Below are positions 31,974 to 43,057 of a DNA stretch of 64,000 nt, piece by piece; position 1 is the stretch's first letter, and each line of letters opens with the position of its first letter. Source of the DNA: Myxococcota bacterium. GTDB taxonomy: Bacteria > Myxococcota > XYA12-FULL-58-9 > JABJBS01. Under the pieces are notes generated by a model. That model saw only the letters and a list, made by a program, of their open reading frames with translations. It had not been told where the DNA came from and ran no database searches. The DNA lies in NCBI GenBank assembly GCA_036339465.1, contig JAYZAY010000078.1, forward strand, positions 1 through 64,000. Direction: 5' to 3'. The translations under genes and the position numbers were made by a program.

Positions 31974-33176
31974 ATGTTTCTAGATTTTCTCCTAGACCTC
32001 CGAGCAGTGGGGTTAAAGGTTAGCATGAAAGAATGGCTTACCTTAATCGAAGCTCTCTCTCTCGGGTTTGCTCGAGCAGATCTCACCTCATTCTACCACC
32101 TCGCGCGAAACCTTGTGGTAAAGCGCGAAAGCGAATTCGACTTATACGACCGAGCCTTCGCGTATCATTTTAAAGGCATCGAAACCCATTTTGATATTGA
32201 CGATGATCTCCTAAACTGGCTTTCCAACCCAGTGCTGCCACGTGAACTCAGCGAAGAAGACCTAGCAAAGCTTAAGAGCCTTGATCTAGATGAACTTCGC
32301 AAGCAATTCGAGGAACGGATGCGCGAACAAAACGAAAGACATGACGGTGGAAACCGCTGGGTTGGAACGGGCGGTACTTCCCCTTTTGGGCATGGGGGGC
32401 ACCACCCATCAGGTGTTCGAGTCGGCGGACCGGGGGGAGGACGCACCGCGATTCAAGTTGCCGAAGACAGAAAATTTCAGAACCTGCGAACTGACCGCAT
32501 CCTCGATACCCGTGACATAGGAGTCGCCCTCAGACGACTCCGTAAATTGGCCAAAGACGAACAACACTTGGAACTTGATCTCCCCGCAAGCATCGACAAA
32601 ACTGCCAGAGAGGCAGGAGAGATCGATCTTGTATTTTCTCCTCCCCGACACAACCGCACCAAATTACTCCTTCTCATGGATGTAGGTGGTTCCATGGATC
32701 CGTTTGCGGAGCTTTCTGAACGACTTTTTAGCGCAGCCCACGCCGCAAGCCACTTTAAAGCATTTAAAGCTTTCATGTTTCACAACTGCGTCTACGAACA
32801 TCTCTATACAGATATCCACGCCCATAAGGGCATTTTCACAGAAGACCTACTCAAAGAAATCGACAATACCTGGACGCTGATTTTTGTTGGTGATGCTAGT
32901 ATGAGCCCCTATGAACTCAGCCACCAAGGCGGGGCAATTTACTACGGTCATCAAAATGCGACCCCGGGTATTCAATGGCTAAGACGCCTTCGTCAGCGAG
33001 TACCAAATTCGGTATGGTTAAACCCCGAGCCCAAGAAATTTTGGGGAGGCACAACAAGTATTGGAATCATTCATGATGTTTTTCCCATGTATGAATTTAC
33101 GTTAAGTGGTATCACTGAAGCCATCGATCACCTGCGGGGTTTATTGGGAACTCATTATCAGCCGCCACTTCATTGA
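31974..33176 (+). CDS. VWA-domain protein (MoxR partner)
   Basis: GGNRWVGTGGTSPFG, DVGGSMD and VGDASMSPYE motifs. Confidence 0.93.
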   Translation: MFLDFLLDLRAVGLKVSMKEWLTLIEALSLGFARADLTSFYHLARNLVVKRESEFDLYDRAFAYHFKGIETHFDIDDDLLNWLSNPVLPRELSEEDLAKLKSLDLDELRKQFEERMREQNERHDGGNRWVGTGGTSPFGHGGHHPSGVRVGGPGGGRTAIQVAEDRKFQNLRTDRILDTRDIGVALRRLRKLAKDEQHLELDLPASIDKTAREAGEIDLVFSPPRHNRTKLLLLMDVGGSMDPFAELSERLFSAAHAASHFKAFKAFMFHNCVYEHLYTDIHAHKGIFTEDLLKEIDNTWTLIFVGDASMSPYELSHQGGAIYYGHQNATPGIQWLRRLRQRVPNSVWLNPEPKKFWGGTTSIGIIHDVFPMYEFTLSGITEAIDHLRGLLGTHYQPPLH

Positions 33177-33377
33177 CAACTCGGACGCCAAATTATCACT
33201 CCTGAAAACCGGTTCAATTCTTTACTTCCAACTCTTCACGGCTCGACTCTTGAGTGTAAAGTCGTTATTATCAACAGTCCATCAGGCGTACCAAAACACA
33301 AGCCCCTCTCTAAACGACCACCGGGGAAATTCAAGACGTGGAAAATCCCAAAAAGCCTTTTCATTGAGGAATCGCCC

Positions 33378-34145
33378 ATGACCCACCATTCTAACTGGCT
33401 CTTTTTACGAGGGCTGGCCCGGGACAAGAGACATTGGGGCCAATTCGGAGAAATCTTTAGCGAACGTATTAATGGTGCAAAGGTATTTATGCTGGATTTA
33501 CCTGGAATGGGGACCGAAAGGCATCGAAGTGCTCCCCTTACCATCAGTGAAACAAAAAATGACCTTAGAAATCGTTGGCGGCATCTTCAAACGCAACATG
33601 AAGGCGCCTGGAACCTACTAAGTCTCTCCCTCGGCGGTATGGTGGCCATGGAATGGTGTGGTAGCCACCCATACGATTTCCAGAAGCTCGTTCTACTCAA
33701 CACCAGTGCAGGTCGAAGTCTTTGGAAGTTGCCCAAACGGCTCAAACCCGGGGTCTGGAAAAATATTATCGAGGTAGCCATCACAAAATCGCCACGGAGC
33801 AAAGAAGCGTGCATTCTAGGAATCAACAGCAACCATGGCCCCCAAAGAAACCCTGAACTCTATGAGCAATGGACCCAATACTCAAGCGAAGCTCCAAACT
33901 CTCCAGTCAACAACTTTCGCCAAATAGTCGCAGCTATGAACTACAATCCCCCCGAAAAAATTCATCCACAAACTCTGGTGGTTGGTTCAATGGCAGACCG
34001 TATGGTGGATGTATCCTGCTCCTGGGAATTGGCCCAAAGATACGATACACAGTTAGTGCTCCACGACACAGCCGGGCACGATCTTCCAATGGACGTCCCT
34101 GAATGGCTCGTCGATCACATCGAACTGTGGTTAAGAGGCCATTGA
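33378..34145 (+). CDS. Alpha/beta hydrolase
   Basis: LRGLAR..HWG, SLSLGGM nucleophile elbow, D..V and GHDL. Confidence 0.9.
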   Translation: MTHHSNWLFLRGLARDKRHWGQFGEIFSERINGAKVFMLDLPGMGTERHRSAPLTISETKNDLRNRWRHLQTQHEGAWNLLSLSLGGMVAMEWCGSHPYDFQKLVLLNTSAGRSLWKLPKRLKPGVWKNIIEVAITKSPRSKEACILGINSNHGPQRNPELYEQWTQYSSEAPNSPVNNFRQIVAAMNYNPPEKIHPQTLVVGSMADRMVDVSCSWELAQRYDTQLVLHDTAGHDLPMDVPEWLVDHIELWLRGH

Positions 34146-34170
34146 CATAATGGTGGAACCAACACCCCAA

Positions 34171-35325
34171 TCACTGAACGGCACGAAAGAATTTTTCGCT
34201 AAGAATAGCGGCCCGCCACCCTTTAATTCCAGGATGCTCCGCCACGCTACCCACGCTGGTGGGTGGATCCCTCGCGAGGTCTTCTAAACAAGCATTCCCG
34301 GCAATCACTTCCGGATCGACACCAATTGCTTCCGCAACCTTTCGACGAACCGCCCGTAAATTTTCATAGACCTGCCGGGGCTGCGGATCCATAAATCGAC
34401 CGCTTCGCCGTCGACCCATATTTTTTGGCGCCGACTCATAGATTGGCTTCGCATTTCGAATTGCTCGGACAATTCTCGTCCCGTAGCGCTGAACACCCAG
34501 TTGTTTCAAACCGGGTCTCGGAGAAAAACTATTCATATCCATCGGAGGCGTTTTCACCAAATCCATCAAGAGCTGATTACTAAAAACCTTAAATGCGGGG
34601 CGGTCCAGCTTTTCTGCAATCCGATCCCGCAGCAAGAAGAGGGCTTGCAAATAGCCAAGCTCTTGGGGATTCAACTTCTTCGCACCCTTAATTCGCCAAA
34701 AACCGTCTTGAGTATGAGCAGTGGGTCGCTCTAATAAAGTATCCACATGATTCGCGATTCGATCGAAATCCTCTAAAGCCCATTCCAGTCGCCCCATTTC
34801 GCGCAAGCTTTCTTCCAACCGATGGGCCAAATCGGGAAGGAAATGAGTATCGTGCCGAGCATAATACAATTGGGCATCGGTCAAGGGCCGCCGCGACCAG
34901 TCAGAACGCTGCAGTGTCTTATCGGTCTGAAACTCATAATTTTCTTCTAGGATAGCCCCTAAGCCAAACTTCCGATAACCAAGAAATCGACAAGCAAGCA
35001 TGGTATCAAAAATTCCCTGAATATCGAAACCATAGTCCCTTTTCATACACAAAAGGTCGTAGCCTGCATCGTGAAAGATTTTGATGCGGGTTGGATCCTC
35101 AAATAGATCTCGAAGTGGATCCAATGTATCAAGCGAAAGGGGATCAATGATCGCATCCCGCCCCCCCACAGTCATTTGAATCAAGCAAACTTTTTCTTGA
35201 TAACGGTGGTAAGAGTCACTCTCAGTGTCTACCGCTATCCATCTGTAATTGCGAGTAAATTTAACCCAGGACGCCAACTCTCGGGCAGTCCTTATGTATA
35301 AAAAATCATCTCGATTTTCTTCCAA
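34171..35325 (-). CDS. rnd: Ribonuclease D
   Basis: AVDTESDS, FDTMLA, SDWSRRPL, YARHD and two HRDC-like domains. Confidence 0.92.
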   Translation of the reverse strand: MEENRDDFLYIRTARELASWVKFTRNYRWIAVDTESDSYHRYQEKVCLIQMTVGGRDAIIDPLSLDTLDPLRDLFEDPTRIKIFHDAGYDLLCMKRDYGFDIQGIFDTMLACRFLGYRKFGLGAILEENYEFQTDKTLQRSDWSRRPLTDAQLYYARHDTHFLPDLAHRLEESLREMGRLEWALEDFDRIANHVDTLLERPTAHTQDGFWRIKGAKKLNPQELGYLQALFLLRDRIAEKLDRPAFKVFSNQLLMDLVKTPPMDMNSFSPRPGLKQLGVQRYGTRIVRAIRNAKPIYESAPKNMGRRRSGRFMDPQPRQVYENLRAVRRKVAEAIGVDPEVIAGNACLEDLARDPPTSVGSVAEHPGIKGWRAAILSEKFFRAVQ

Positions 35326-35441
35326 GACTCAGTCCATTTCTCAAGGTTCGTAACTATTATCCCTGCAATAGCGAACAAAATAAAATCATGCCAGATTTTT
35401 TCCGTATGCGAATGTCGTTTGAACGTTCTATACTCCAAAAT

Positions 35442-38301
35442 ATGCGTGTCCGATTTCTATCTTTCTCCCTACTCTTCTCACTCGCCTGTTCCGCTGGTAC
35501 GAATGGAGGTTGCGCAGATTGTGCGGCTTTACCTAATGTTCCTTACCCCCAAGAAGCAAGCTCAATCGACGAAGCTGCTGCGGCGAGAATAACTCAGCAT
35601 TCACTCGACTTCTTCCGAAAAAATCTAGTGAGTCTTCTCAGTCAATATTTGACCGTGGTCAAACAAGGAGAATGTCTGATTGAGAGCAGTGCCCCCGAGT
35701 GTCCTTTCGGGCAAAAAGCCACTGAAGATATCGCTGTTTTGGATATCAATAAGCTAACGGTATCCACAGGTGTTGGTGATAGTAGCGAATTTCCCCTTAA
35801 GTTCCGCGACGGATGCATTGAAGACACTGGAGAAGAACAAAAAACATATGACAATTGTCCGGAACAAAAGCGCACCCGCATATCCATACTCTATATGCCC
35901 ATGGCGAAACTTGAAGAATCTTTCGAACTGGAATGGGTGAGTGAAAGTGGTAACTCAGACACCACCAACGCAGGCAGCGGATTACATGTCACAATTAGCA
36001 ATCTAGAAATGGAGGCAGACCTCGTCCTAGCCCTTGAAAGCTCTGACGAAATTGACGATTCTGATCCTATTGCCGCCCTCTTAAACTCGTTATCCGCTTC
36101 CTGCTGGCTCACCTCCCCTCTCGACTTACCCGCATTAACCATTCCTAAAATCGATTTCACCATGGGCTTTAAGGTGAATGCGGAAGGCAAACTAGAACCC
36201 AGCATCTCGGTCTCAGAAGTGACCATTACAGAAGACGACCAAACAAACTCGATCAACATGCAAGTCAAACCCTGCGTTGCCAGCGGTGTAAAACCAGAGT
36301 GTCAGGATACGTTATGCCCCACGGCCGTAGGCACAGAAAATATTTGCACTGAGCTTTGTGAGGTCGGTAATTTACTGGCCACGGTTCTCCCTGCGCTCAC
36401 CAGTCAAATTCAACCTGTACTCAATCAATTGGCTCAAGGTCTTGCTACGCAACTGCAAACCAGTCTAGCGGAAGGCTTCGAAGGTCTTAAACTGGGTATA
36501 GAAACCGTGCTCGATCCCGCAGCTTTGAGTCCCCTATTGAGCGATGCGAAGCCCCTCAATGTGCAATTTAAGATCCACAACGACAACTTGAGAGTCCAAG
36601 GAGAAGAAAATGCACCGGGAACTGGACTGCATGCAACCCTCTCTGCGGGTATTAGCGCTCAAAGCCGAGCTGCCTGCGCAATCGAAAATCCCCAAACCGG
36701 TGCAGAATCCTTGAGTTCAATACTTCCTGAGTTTGGTGGCTTTCTAGAGGTTCCCTCAGACCAAGAAGGGAACACAACCTTTGAACCCTACCACATGGCA
36801 TTTACGGTATCTGAAGCAATGCTCACTCAAATGGGTACCGCCCTGTATCATTCTGGTGTCTTCTGTGTGGGATTGGGGTCCCAAGATATTCATGACATGA
36901 GTGGGATCCTCCTGGACCTAAAATTCTTAACCGCTCTAGAACCTGGCCTACAAGACATTGCTCCGGCCGGATCCCCCAATGAAAATGCTCCCATCCACCT
37001 GGGGCTCTTTGCCACAAAACCACCCATCTTTAGCTTGGGCTCGGGAAAAGTCATCGCCCCCCCCAAGCACTGTCACAGAAGAGGGTATGAGCGACTATCT
37101 CGCAGGCGTTGTCGATGATGCGCTACTCGAGCTCCTACTCGACGACCTTCAAATAAATATTTCGGCCCTTCTAGGCGATGCACAGACGCGGATCGCCAGT
37201 CTCTATGCTGATATTAGAATCCCCTTTACAGCCGTTAGAGACACAAGCAACGGAGGAGTTCTTCAGTTGCGACAAGTCCCAAAAATTACGATTTCCAATA
37301 CTCACCAAGTTTATAATGAAATCGCCCAAGCAGCAGATCTTACGCAGTTCTTTGAAACCCTCGTCGATTTGGCCATCACCGTGGCCCTCAAAGACAGTCT
37401 AAATTTCGATCTCGACTTTTCTGATGCTATTAGCTCAGCCCTCGGTTCCGATGCTCTCACACTTAAAATCGCAGACATCAGAAGAGATGTAGCGAACTTT
37501 CAACACGCCTTTCTGTCCATTTATGTAACACTGTGCTCCAACGTAGATACAAATGATCCAAACCACGTTATCTGCTATCAAGCACCTGCTGGCTCCGCGA
37601 CCAATAGAGTCACCACAACCGCCAATATGGAATCCATGTACGAAAAAATTTCTTTCAAAGCGAAAAATGGGGCGCTCCATCGTCGCACAACCGGTAGGCT
37701 GGAAGTACCGATTGAGGATGGGATCTACCAATATCGAGTTGACGGAGGCGCATGGCGCAGTCAATTAAGAATAGACGATGCCACCCTGACCGTTCAACAT
37801 CCCTTCTTAAGAGTTCCTGGAGACCACCTCGTAGAAATTGCGCGAATAAATGACCGTGGTCATGAGGCCTGGCGTACAAATATTCCCGTACGTATTGACC
37901 CCTTTCCACCGACGCTAACACACACCATAAAGGGGAGCACCGTTCAATTCGCAGGAACTGACGACATCCAGCCAAACTCCGTTTATTTTGTAAAACGATT
38001 TGTGGATTCCGCGGGAACCCAGACACCATGGAGCCCGACCCCCGATAAATTTGAGCTAGACTCCGTAGATACCGATTTCATAAACGTAGAATTTGCCGCA
38101 GTCGATGCAACAGGCAACCAATCCCCACCATTGAAATTTGCCCTTAATAAAGAGCCGCCCAATACAGCGATAAAATTCAACAGCACTCATGACAGCGTCA
38201 GTAAAAGCTCGTGTCATCAGATTCCACTTTCTCTGTGGTTGGTGTTGTTGATGATTCCTTGGATTGTGTGCTTAAGACCAAAACCAAAATTGAACGGCTA
38301 G
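35442..38301 (+). CDS. Large surface lipoprotein with MYXO-CTERM-like tail, split by +1 frameshift in a C8 tract (37057-37064)
   Basis: ORFs 35388-37118 and 36958-38301 join (..GKVIAPP|STVTEEG..) if one C is removed, giving 952 aa. Lipobox SLAC; tail SSC-hydrophobic-RPKPK. Confidence 0.75.
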
Positions 38302-38302
38302 A

Positions 38303-39679
38303 TTATCTTAAATCATTGCCTAGACTGTAATAATTTAAGAGCTTTGGAATCAGCTCATCCTTGAAAGGACCTTCTCCAAAAACATCTAATGCCTGCTGGG
38401 ATAAGCCCCTTCCACCGCTTTTCAATAATCCCTCAAATGGCTCCAAATATCGACTTTCATCCAGACCATCTGAATCACAACAACCAAACTCGACCAAAGC
38501 TTGTCGAGATAGGCTTAATAACTCCCAAAGTATCTCCTTGATAGACCAACCCGAGCTATAGCCTTCAATTCCGTCTTGAGCCGCCAATCTCATTGCCAGC
38601 CGCAAATCATCATAGCTTAGCTCACTCAACAATCCATCCACACCTTCGATCGATTTATCTGAATAGAGAAGCCCTTTCCAAAACGCCGCTACTGCAGATG
38701 ACATCCAAATTGGACCACTATCACAACTTCGAACTTCAATGAATTTCTTGAGACGAACCTCCGGAAAAAGGGTTGAAAGGTGGGTCTCAAAATCAGCGAT
38801 GGTGGGCTTCAACCCTGAAATCCCATCCTCCAAAAACATACGAAAAGTTTTCCCATGACTGTCGATAAACTCTCCGCCACGAAAGACGAAAAACATCGGG
38901 ACATCTAGTACCCAATCCAGATAGTTCCCAAATGAAAAGTCACCGTCCAGAGCTTGCCGTAAAATCCCACATCGCTCATTGTCCACATCAAACCAAATCG
39001 CGTTTCGAAAACTTCGCCAGCCAGACCAGCGCCCATCAGTCCAAGGCGAATTCGCACACAAAGCAGCAGCAAAAGGGGAGACCAACGACGCAACACGCAT
39101 CTTATTAACCATATCGGATTCACTAGCATAATCGAAATTGCATTGAACCGTGGTGGTAAGGACCATCATGTGATGTCCAAAAGAGCCATGAGATTCGAGA
39201 TAACGACGCATCCGCCGATAACGTTCTCGGGGGATCCATTCGGCTGCATCCACTCCGAAAACGGGTCGACAAGCCAAAGTAGAAACTCTCGCTTCTGATC
39301 GAGCCATAATCGCGTTCAACTGAAGAGCAAACTCACGCGCTTCGATATCAGTTTCATGAACGGTCTTAAACGGAGCACCCGCCAACTCAAGTTGGCCGCC
39401 TGGCTCCAAAGAAATAGAAGCTCTTGCTCGACTCAAAGCCATGGGAAAATTGGGATCACCTTCAATCGTCCATCCATCACGAATCAACCCTTCAAAAATA
39501 GGGCAAATACCATTTGAATAGTCAAGGGGCCTACCAGTTCTCGCATCAAAGAGAAATCTTTCAGTCTCCGTTCCAACCAACCATTCGCCACGAGGCTTGG
39601 CCCCATCCATAAAGTATTGAATCAATTGCTCCAACGATTCGATGACTGGGCTATTCTCTACCAAAATATCTCGTGACAT
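38303..39679 (-). CDS. gshA: Glutamate--cysteine ligase (GCS2/plant type)
   Basis: VGTETE, SLEPGGQLELAGAP, QCNFD, HLSTLFPEVRLKKFIEVR motifs. Confidence 0.92.
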   Translation of the reverse strand: MSRDILVENSPVIESLEQLIQYFMDGAKPRGEWLVGTETERFLFDARTGRPLDYSNGICPIFEGLIRDGWTIEGDPNFPMALSRARASISLEPGGQLELAGAPFKTVHETDIEAREFALQLNAIMARSEARVSTLACRPVFGVDAAEWIPRERYRRMRRYLESHGSFGHHMMVLTTTVQCNFDYASESDMVNKMRVASLVSPFAAALCANSPWTDGRWSGWRSFRNAIWFDVDNERCGILRQALDGDFSFGNYLDWVLDVPMFFVFRGGEFIDSHGKTFRMFLEDGISGLKPTIADFETHLSTLFPEVRLKKFIEVRSCDSGPIWMSSAVAAFWKGLLYSDKSIEGVDGLLSELSYDDLRLAMRLAAQDGIEGYSSGWSIKEILWELLSLSRQALVEFGCCDSDGLDESRYLEPFEGLLKSGGRGLSQQALDVFGEGPFKDELIPKLLNYYSLGNDLR

Positions 39680-39806
39680 GCATTTTGCCTTACTAGTTGT
39701 ACCCCCCATTAAGCAAGCTCAGAACGTTCTGGCGTTTTTTTTCCTTGAAAGGTCCAAGCCCTACCTGTGGCTTGCACATCAACCTGAAAGCGCATAAAGC
39801 AAATTT

Positions 39807-40382
39807 ATGGTCAGTGAAACAAAGAGGGAGAAGGAGGTTGAAGCCGCAATTTCAACATTCCTAGAAGCAATCGATCCCTCTCCTAGAAAAGACCTGCAAA
39901 CCACTCCCGCTAGAGTAGCCAATCTTTGGATTAAGCATCTTCTGGCCCATGAAAACAGCTCCATTGAGGACCTCCAAGTTCCGCCTATCCCCACGAATAC
40001 CCAAGACCCCATCCTCGTAAGGAAACTCGGGCTCTATATGGTTTGCCCGCATCACCTTACCATAGGAAGTGGCTTCGCTGATATCGCTTACCTCCCAAAA
40101 GACCATATCGTTGGTTTTGGTCACATTTCCAATATCGTTGATTGGGCCAGCCAGCGGCTGTCGCTTCAAGAGGAAGTCGGGTCACGAATCTCCGAAGCAC
40201 TGAAACAAGTCATCTCCCCAAAAGCCATTGTCAGTAGACTCATTGTTCAACATCCATGCCACACAATCCTGCACCCTCGCTCTCATAACGCTAGAATCGA
40301 AACCTTTTCTGTTTTTGGAGAAGAACAAAATATTGGGCTATTGAAAAATTTATTGGCTCGCTCTGATTCAGCTGAGCTTTAA
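39807..40382 (+). CDS. folE: Atypical GTP cyclohydrolase I (FolE)-like protein
   Basis: TPARVA, CPHHL, RLSLQE and HPC retained; GLSK..R and RG motifs altered. Confidence 0.75.
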   Translation: MVSETKREKEVEAAISTFLEAIDPSPRKDLQTTPARVANLWIKHLLAHENSSIEDLQVPPIPTNTQDPILVRKLGLYMVCPHHLTIGSGFADIAYLPKDHIVGFGHISNIVDWASQRLSLQEEVGSRISEALKQVISPKAIVSRLIVQHPCHTILHPRSHNARIETFSVFGEEQNIGLLKNLLARSDSAEL

Positions 40383-41212
40383 AGCGGTTCTAAACCCAAG
40401 GTGGCCTTACCATTGGTAGAAGCTAAAGAAAAATAAGTCATCTCCTTACCGTACTCCGATATACCAAGTACGGGTGTATCTAACTCAGCTGTGATATCGT
40501 GTCGCTCCAGAGCAGCGATCGCATTGCCAAGAACGATGTTCAGAAATTCAGCTAAAGCGGCCTGTAAAGCTTCGAGATCTGCCTCTTGAAGACAGGCTGT
40601 AAGGCCATAAAATAAATCACGCGCAAAAATACGGTCTGAGCTCAAATGTACCCTCAGAGCGCTTTCCCCATAAACGACCAATGAAGCTACAACCTCATAG
40701 GAAGCAGCCTCTACAGGCTCCTGATAATCAATCTTCAATTTAATGCTAGAAACCTTCTCAGCCAGTTTTGGAACAAAATCGGCAACGTATTCTGCCAGGA
40801 TGTGTCCTGCCAACCCCCCTGGCAAGTTTAAGTCCGCAAAGTCATACTCTGCCTGCTCAACGTGGAAACTTTCTAAAAGAGAGGCAAGATGATTCTCATC
40901 CTTCAACGCGCCTATCTCGATAAGAGCCTCTCCGATCTTAATCCGGCTTTTCCTCTCTTCCTCCACTAAATCCTCAACAACCTCAACAGGCAGCATTCCT
41001 TCATCGATGGCAATCTGACTCGCAGTTAGGATGCAAGTTTTCTCAAGTTCGACCAGGCGCTCACCTTGTTCGAGCGAAAGGTGTCCCGCCTCAATCCCAA
41101 GAGCACAAAACGATTTCTTCCGTTCTTCCATCATCTGGAGCGCTTTGCGTAAATCATCAGCTAATACATGGTTGTGCGCAATCAAGAACTGGCCAAAAAA
41201 CTTCACCCCCAT
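40379..41212 (-). CDS. CheC/CheX-family phosphatase with N-terminal MshEN-like repeats
   Basis: FFGQFL...KIGEALIEIGAL repeats and the EFLNIVLGN phosphatase motif. Confidence 0.75.
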   Translation of the reverse strand: MGVKFFGQFLIAHNHVLADDLRKALQMMEERKKSFCALGIEAGHLSLEQGERLVELEKTCILTASQIAIDEGMLPVEVVEDLVEEERKSRIKIGEALIEIGALKDENHLASLLESFHVEQAEYDFADLNLPGGLAGHILAEYVADFVPKLAEKVSSIKLKIDYQEPVEAASYEVVASLVVYGESALRVHLSSDRIFARDLFYGLTACLQEADLEALQAALAEFLNIVLGNAIAALERHDITAELDTPVLGISEYGKEMTYFSLASTNGKATLGLEPL

Positions 41213-41224
41213 TGTATCACCCGC

Positions 41225-41623
41225 CTAACCCGCCGATGTCTTGTGCGCTTTCTCTGATGAAAAGAGAGCACGTAACTTTGATTCGTCGAAAGGTTTCGTT
41301 AAAACTTGAACTGCCCCCAACTTAAAAGCTTGTTCCGCTCTCGATCTAGATCCCGCCAAAGATGATAGCATCGCTACTCGCAACCTCGGATGTTCTGCTC
41401 TAAGTGCTCGGAGAGCTGTCAGGCCATCCATTCTCGGCATCACAATATCCATCACAACTAAATCTGGCTGAAGAGATTTCAACAAGACAACCGCCTCCAC
41501 ACCGTCCGTCGCCGTACCCAGCATTTCCACCCCATCAATGCAATCCACCAGTCCCCGAAAATGCGCCACCACCGACGGACTATCATCAACAAGAACCACA
41601 GTTAGAGAATCGTTTTCAGACAT
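41225..41623 (-). CDS. Single-domain response regulator (CheY-like)
   Basis: VDDS, MDIVMPRMDG and KPF motifs. ATG at 41623 follows a GGGGGAG RBS. Confidence 0.9.
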   Translation of the reverse strand: MSENDSLTVVLVDDSPSVVAHFRGLVDCIDGVEMLGTATDGVEAVVLLKSLQPDLVVMDIVMPRMDGLTALRALRAEHPRLRVAMLSSLAGSRSRAEQAFKLGAVQVLTKPFDESKLRALFSSEKAHKTSAG

Positions 41624-41899
41624 TCTCCCCCCAAAACGAAGTAAGCTAAAGGTCAGGTAAGACCCCCAGCTTCCATTTGGTATAAGCCTAACGGTTCCCT
41701 GAGTTATAGTCCAATCCCACCAGGAAACCTTCAATAATTTTTGGATTCTCTAGGGGAAATATTTCTCCCAAACGGCCCTATATGATCCAAATATAACACA
41801 AGACACTACCGACACATGCAAATACACAATCGCTGAATTTCGGAGGTTTTGCGAACATTGAATCAACAATCCAAATACCACCAAGGTTTAAAAAAGAAA

Positions 41900-43000
41900 A
41901 AAAATGAGCGTTATCAAATCAGAAGAAAAGGAAGCTTGGATGAAAAAACATCCTGAACATTCATGCCTATCCCCCACGAGCCAATAAAAACGTGGCCCGA
42001 TTCGAGCGAGCGATGCCGCACTCCAAGGATCAGAGGCCGCGGTGACTTTAACCTCAAGACTGGCAGTCATCACCACCCTACTTTGGAATTTCGCCAAACC
42101 AACAACCATACCCATTGCCCTGAGACCCACCTATAGGCGAACCGACCACCTTCCTAAGTGTAGGTTTTCCACCAATTGAGCTCATCTTGGTGGTGGAGCC
42201 GACAAGCATTCTCCCTCCTTGACATATTTTTAAGGAGGCTTTCCCATGACTCTCGTCACAATCCCAGGCCTAGGCCCAAGTCCAGGCGCACCCTGTGGCA
42301 TTCAATCCAATCCGAGAATACATCCAGCCGACGCACAAGGCTTGTTTTCGCCAAGCAACGCGACCTAAATCATGACCACAACATGAACTTGGGCGCGTAT
42401 CTTTCGACGAGAAAAAGCGTAGACAAAGTCTTCCCACATTTGGGACACCCAAGATGGGCTACTGGTTTCAATGATCTTACCGAGAAATATCCCACCGAGG
42501 CTGGTTATGTTTTAAGTCGGTATCAGAAAATAGTAGAAGATGAAGCGTACCGCGTGGATGCATAGCTCTATGAAGCTCAGAGACGGGATTGTCCCCTACC
42601 AGAAACTCACGACCGCCCAGCTCCGAAGTAGCGGGCTTTTAGACTTTGAGGTCACCTCGGTAAAAAACCATGAAGTGCGTCGTGTCATTGTTCATAAGAC
42701 CGGCCTTCTTATCGAGGACACACCGACCAATCCTACTCTAAGGTTGGCAGATCTTTCGACCATTTACGCACAAGCGAAAAATACCCTCATCTTGGTAGAC
42801 TCAACATTCGATACCCTCACTCTTCTACAACCCCTTAGCCTCGGGGCAAGTTTGGGCGTTGATAAATTTGAATTTGTACCGGTGCCCTGCTTCACCCAGA
42901 TCCTGCCTATGTCTTCATAGGGGCCTAAAGGACTTTACCCATTCGAATCGAGATCGCTCAAACAACAGCCATTGAGTTGGCAAGACGGCTCAAAAGACAC
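41900..43000 (+). pseudogene. Cys/Met metabolism PLP-enzyme (cystathionine gamma-synthase/lyase-like) remnants
   Basis: AALQGSEAAVTLTSRLAVITTLL (~42015-42085), GYVLSRY (~42503) and EDTPTNPTLRLADL..VDSTF..QPLSLGA (~42713-42848). Many stops; boundaries approximate. Confidence 0.75.
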
Positions 43001-43057
43001 CCAATGTTCAAAACAGCCAATACATATTCCGAAAACACAGTAAACGCCTAAATCGGC

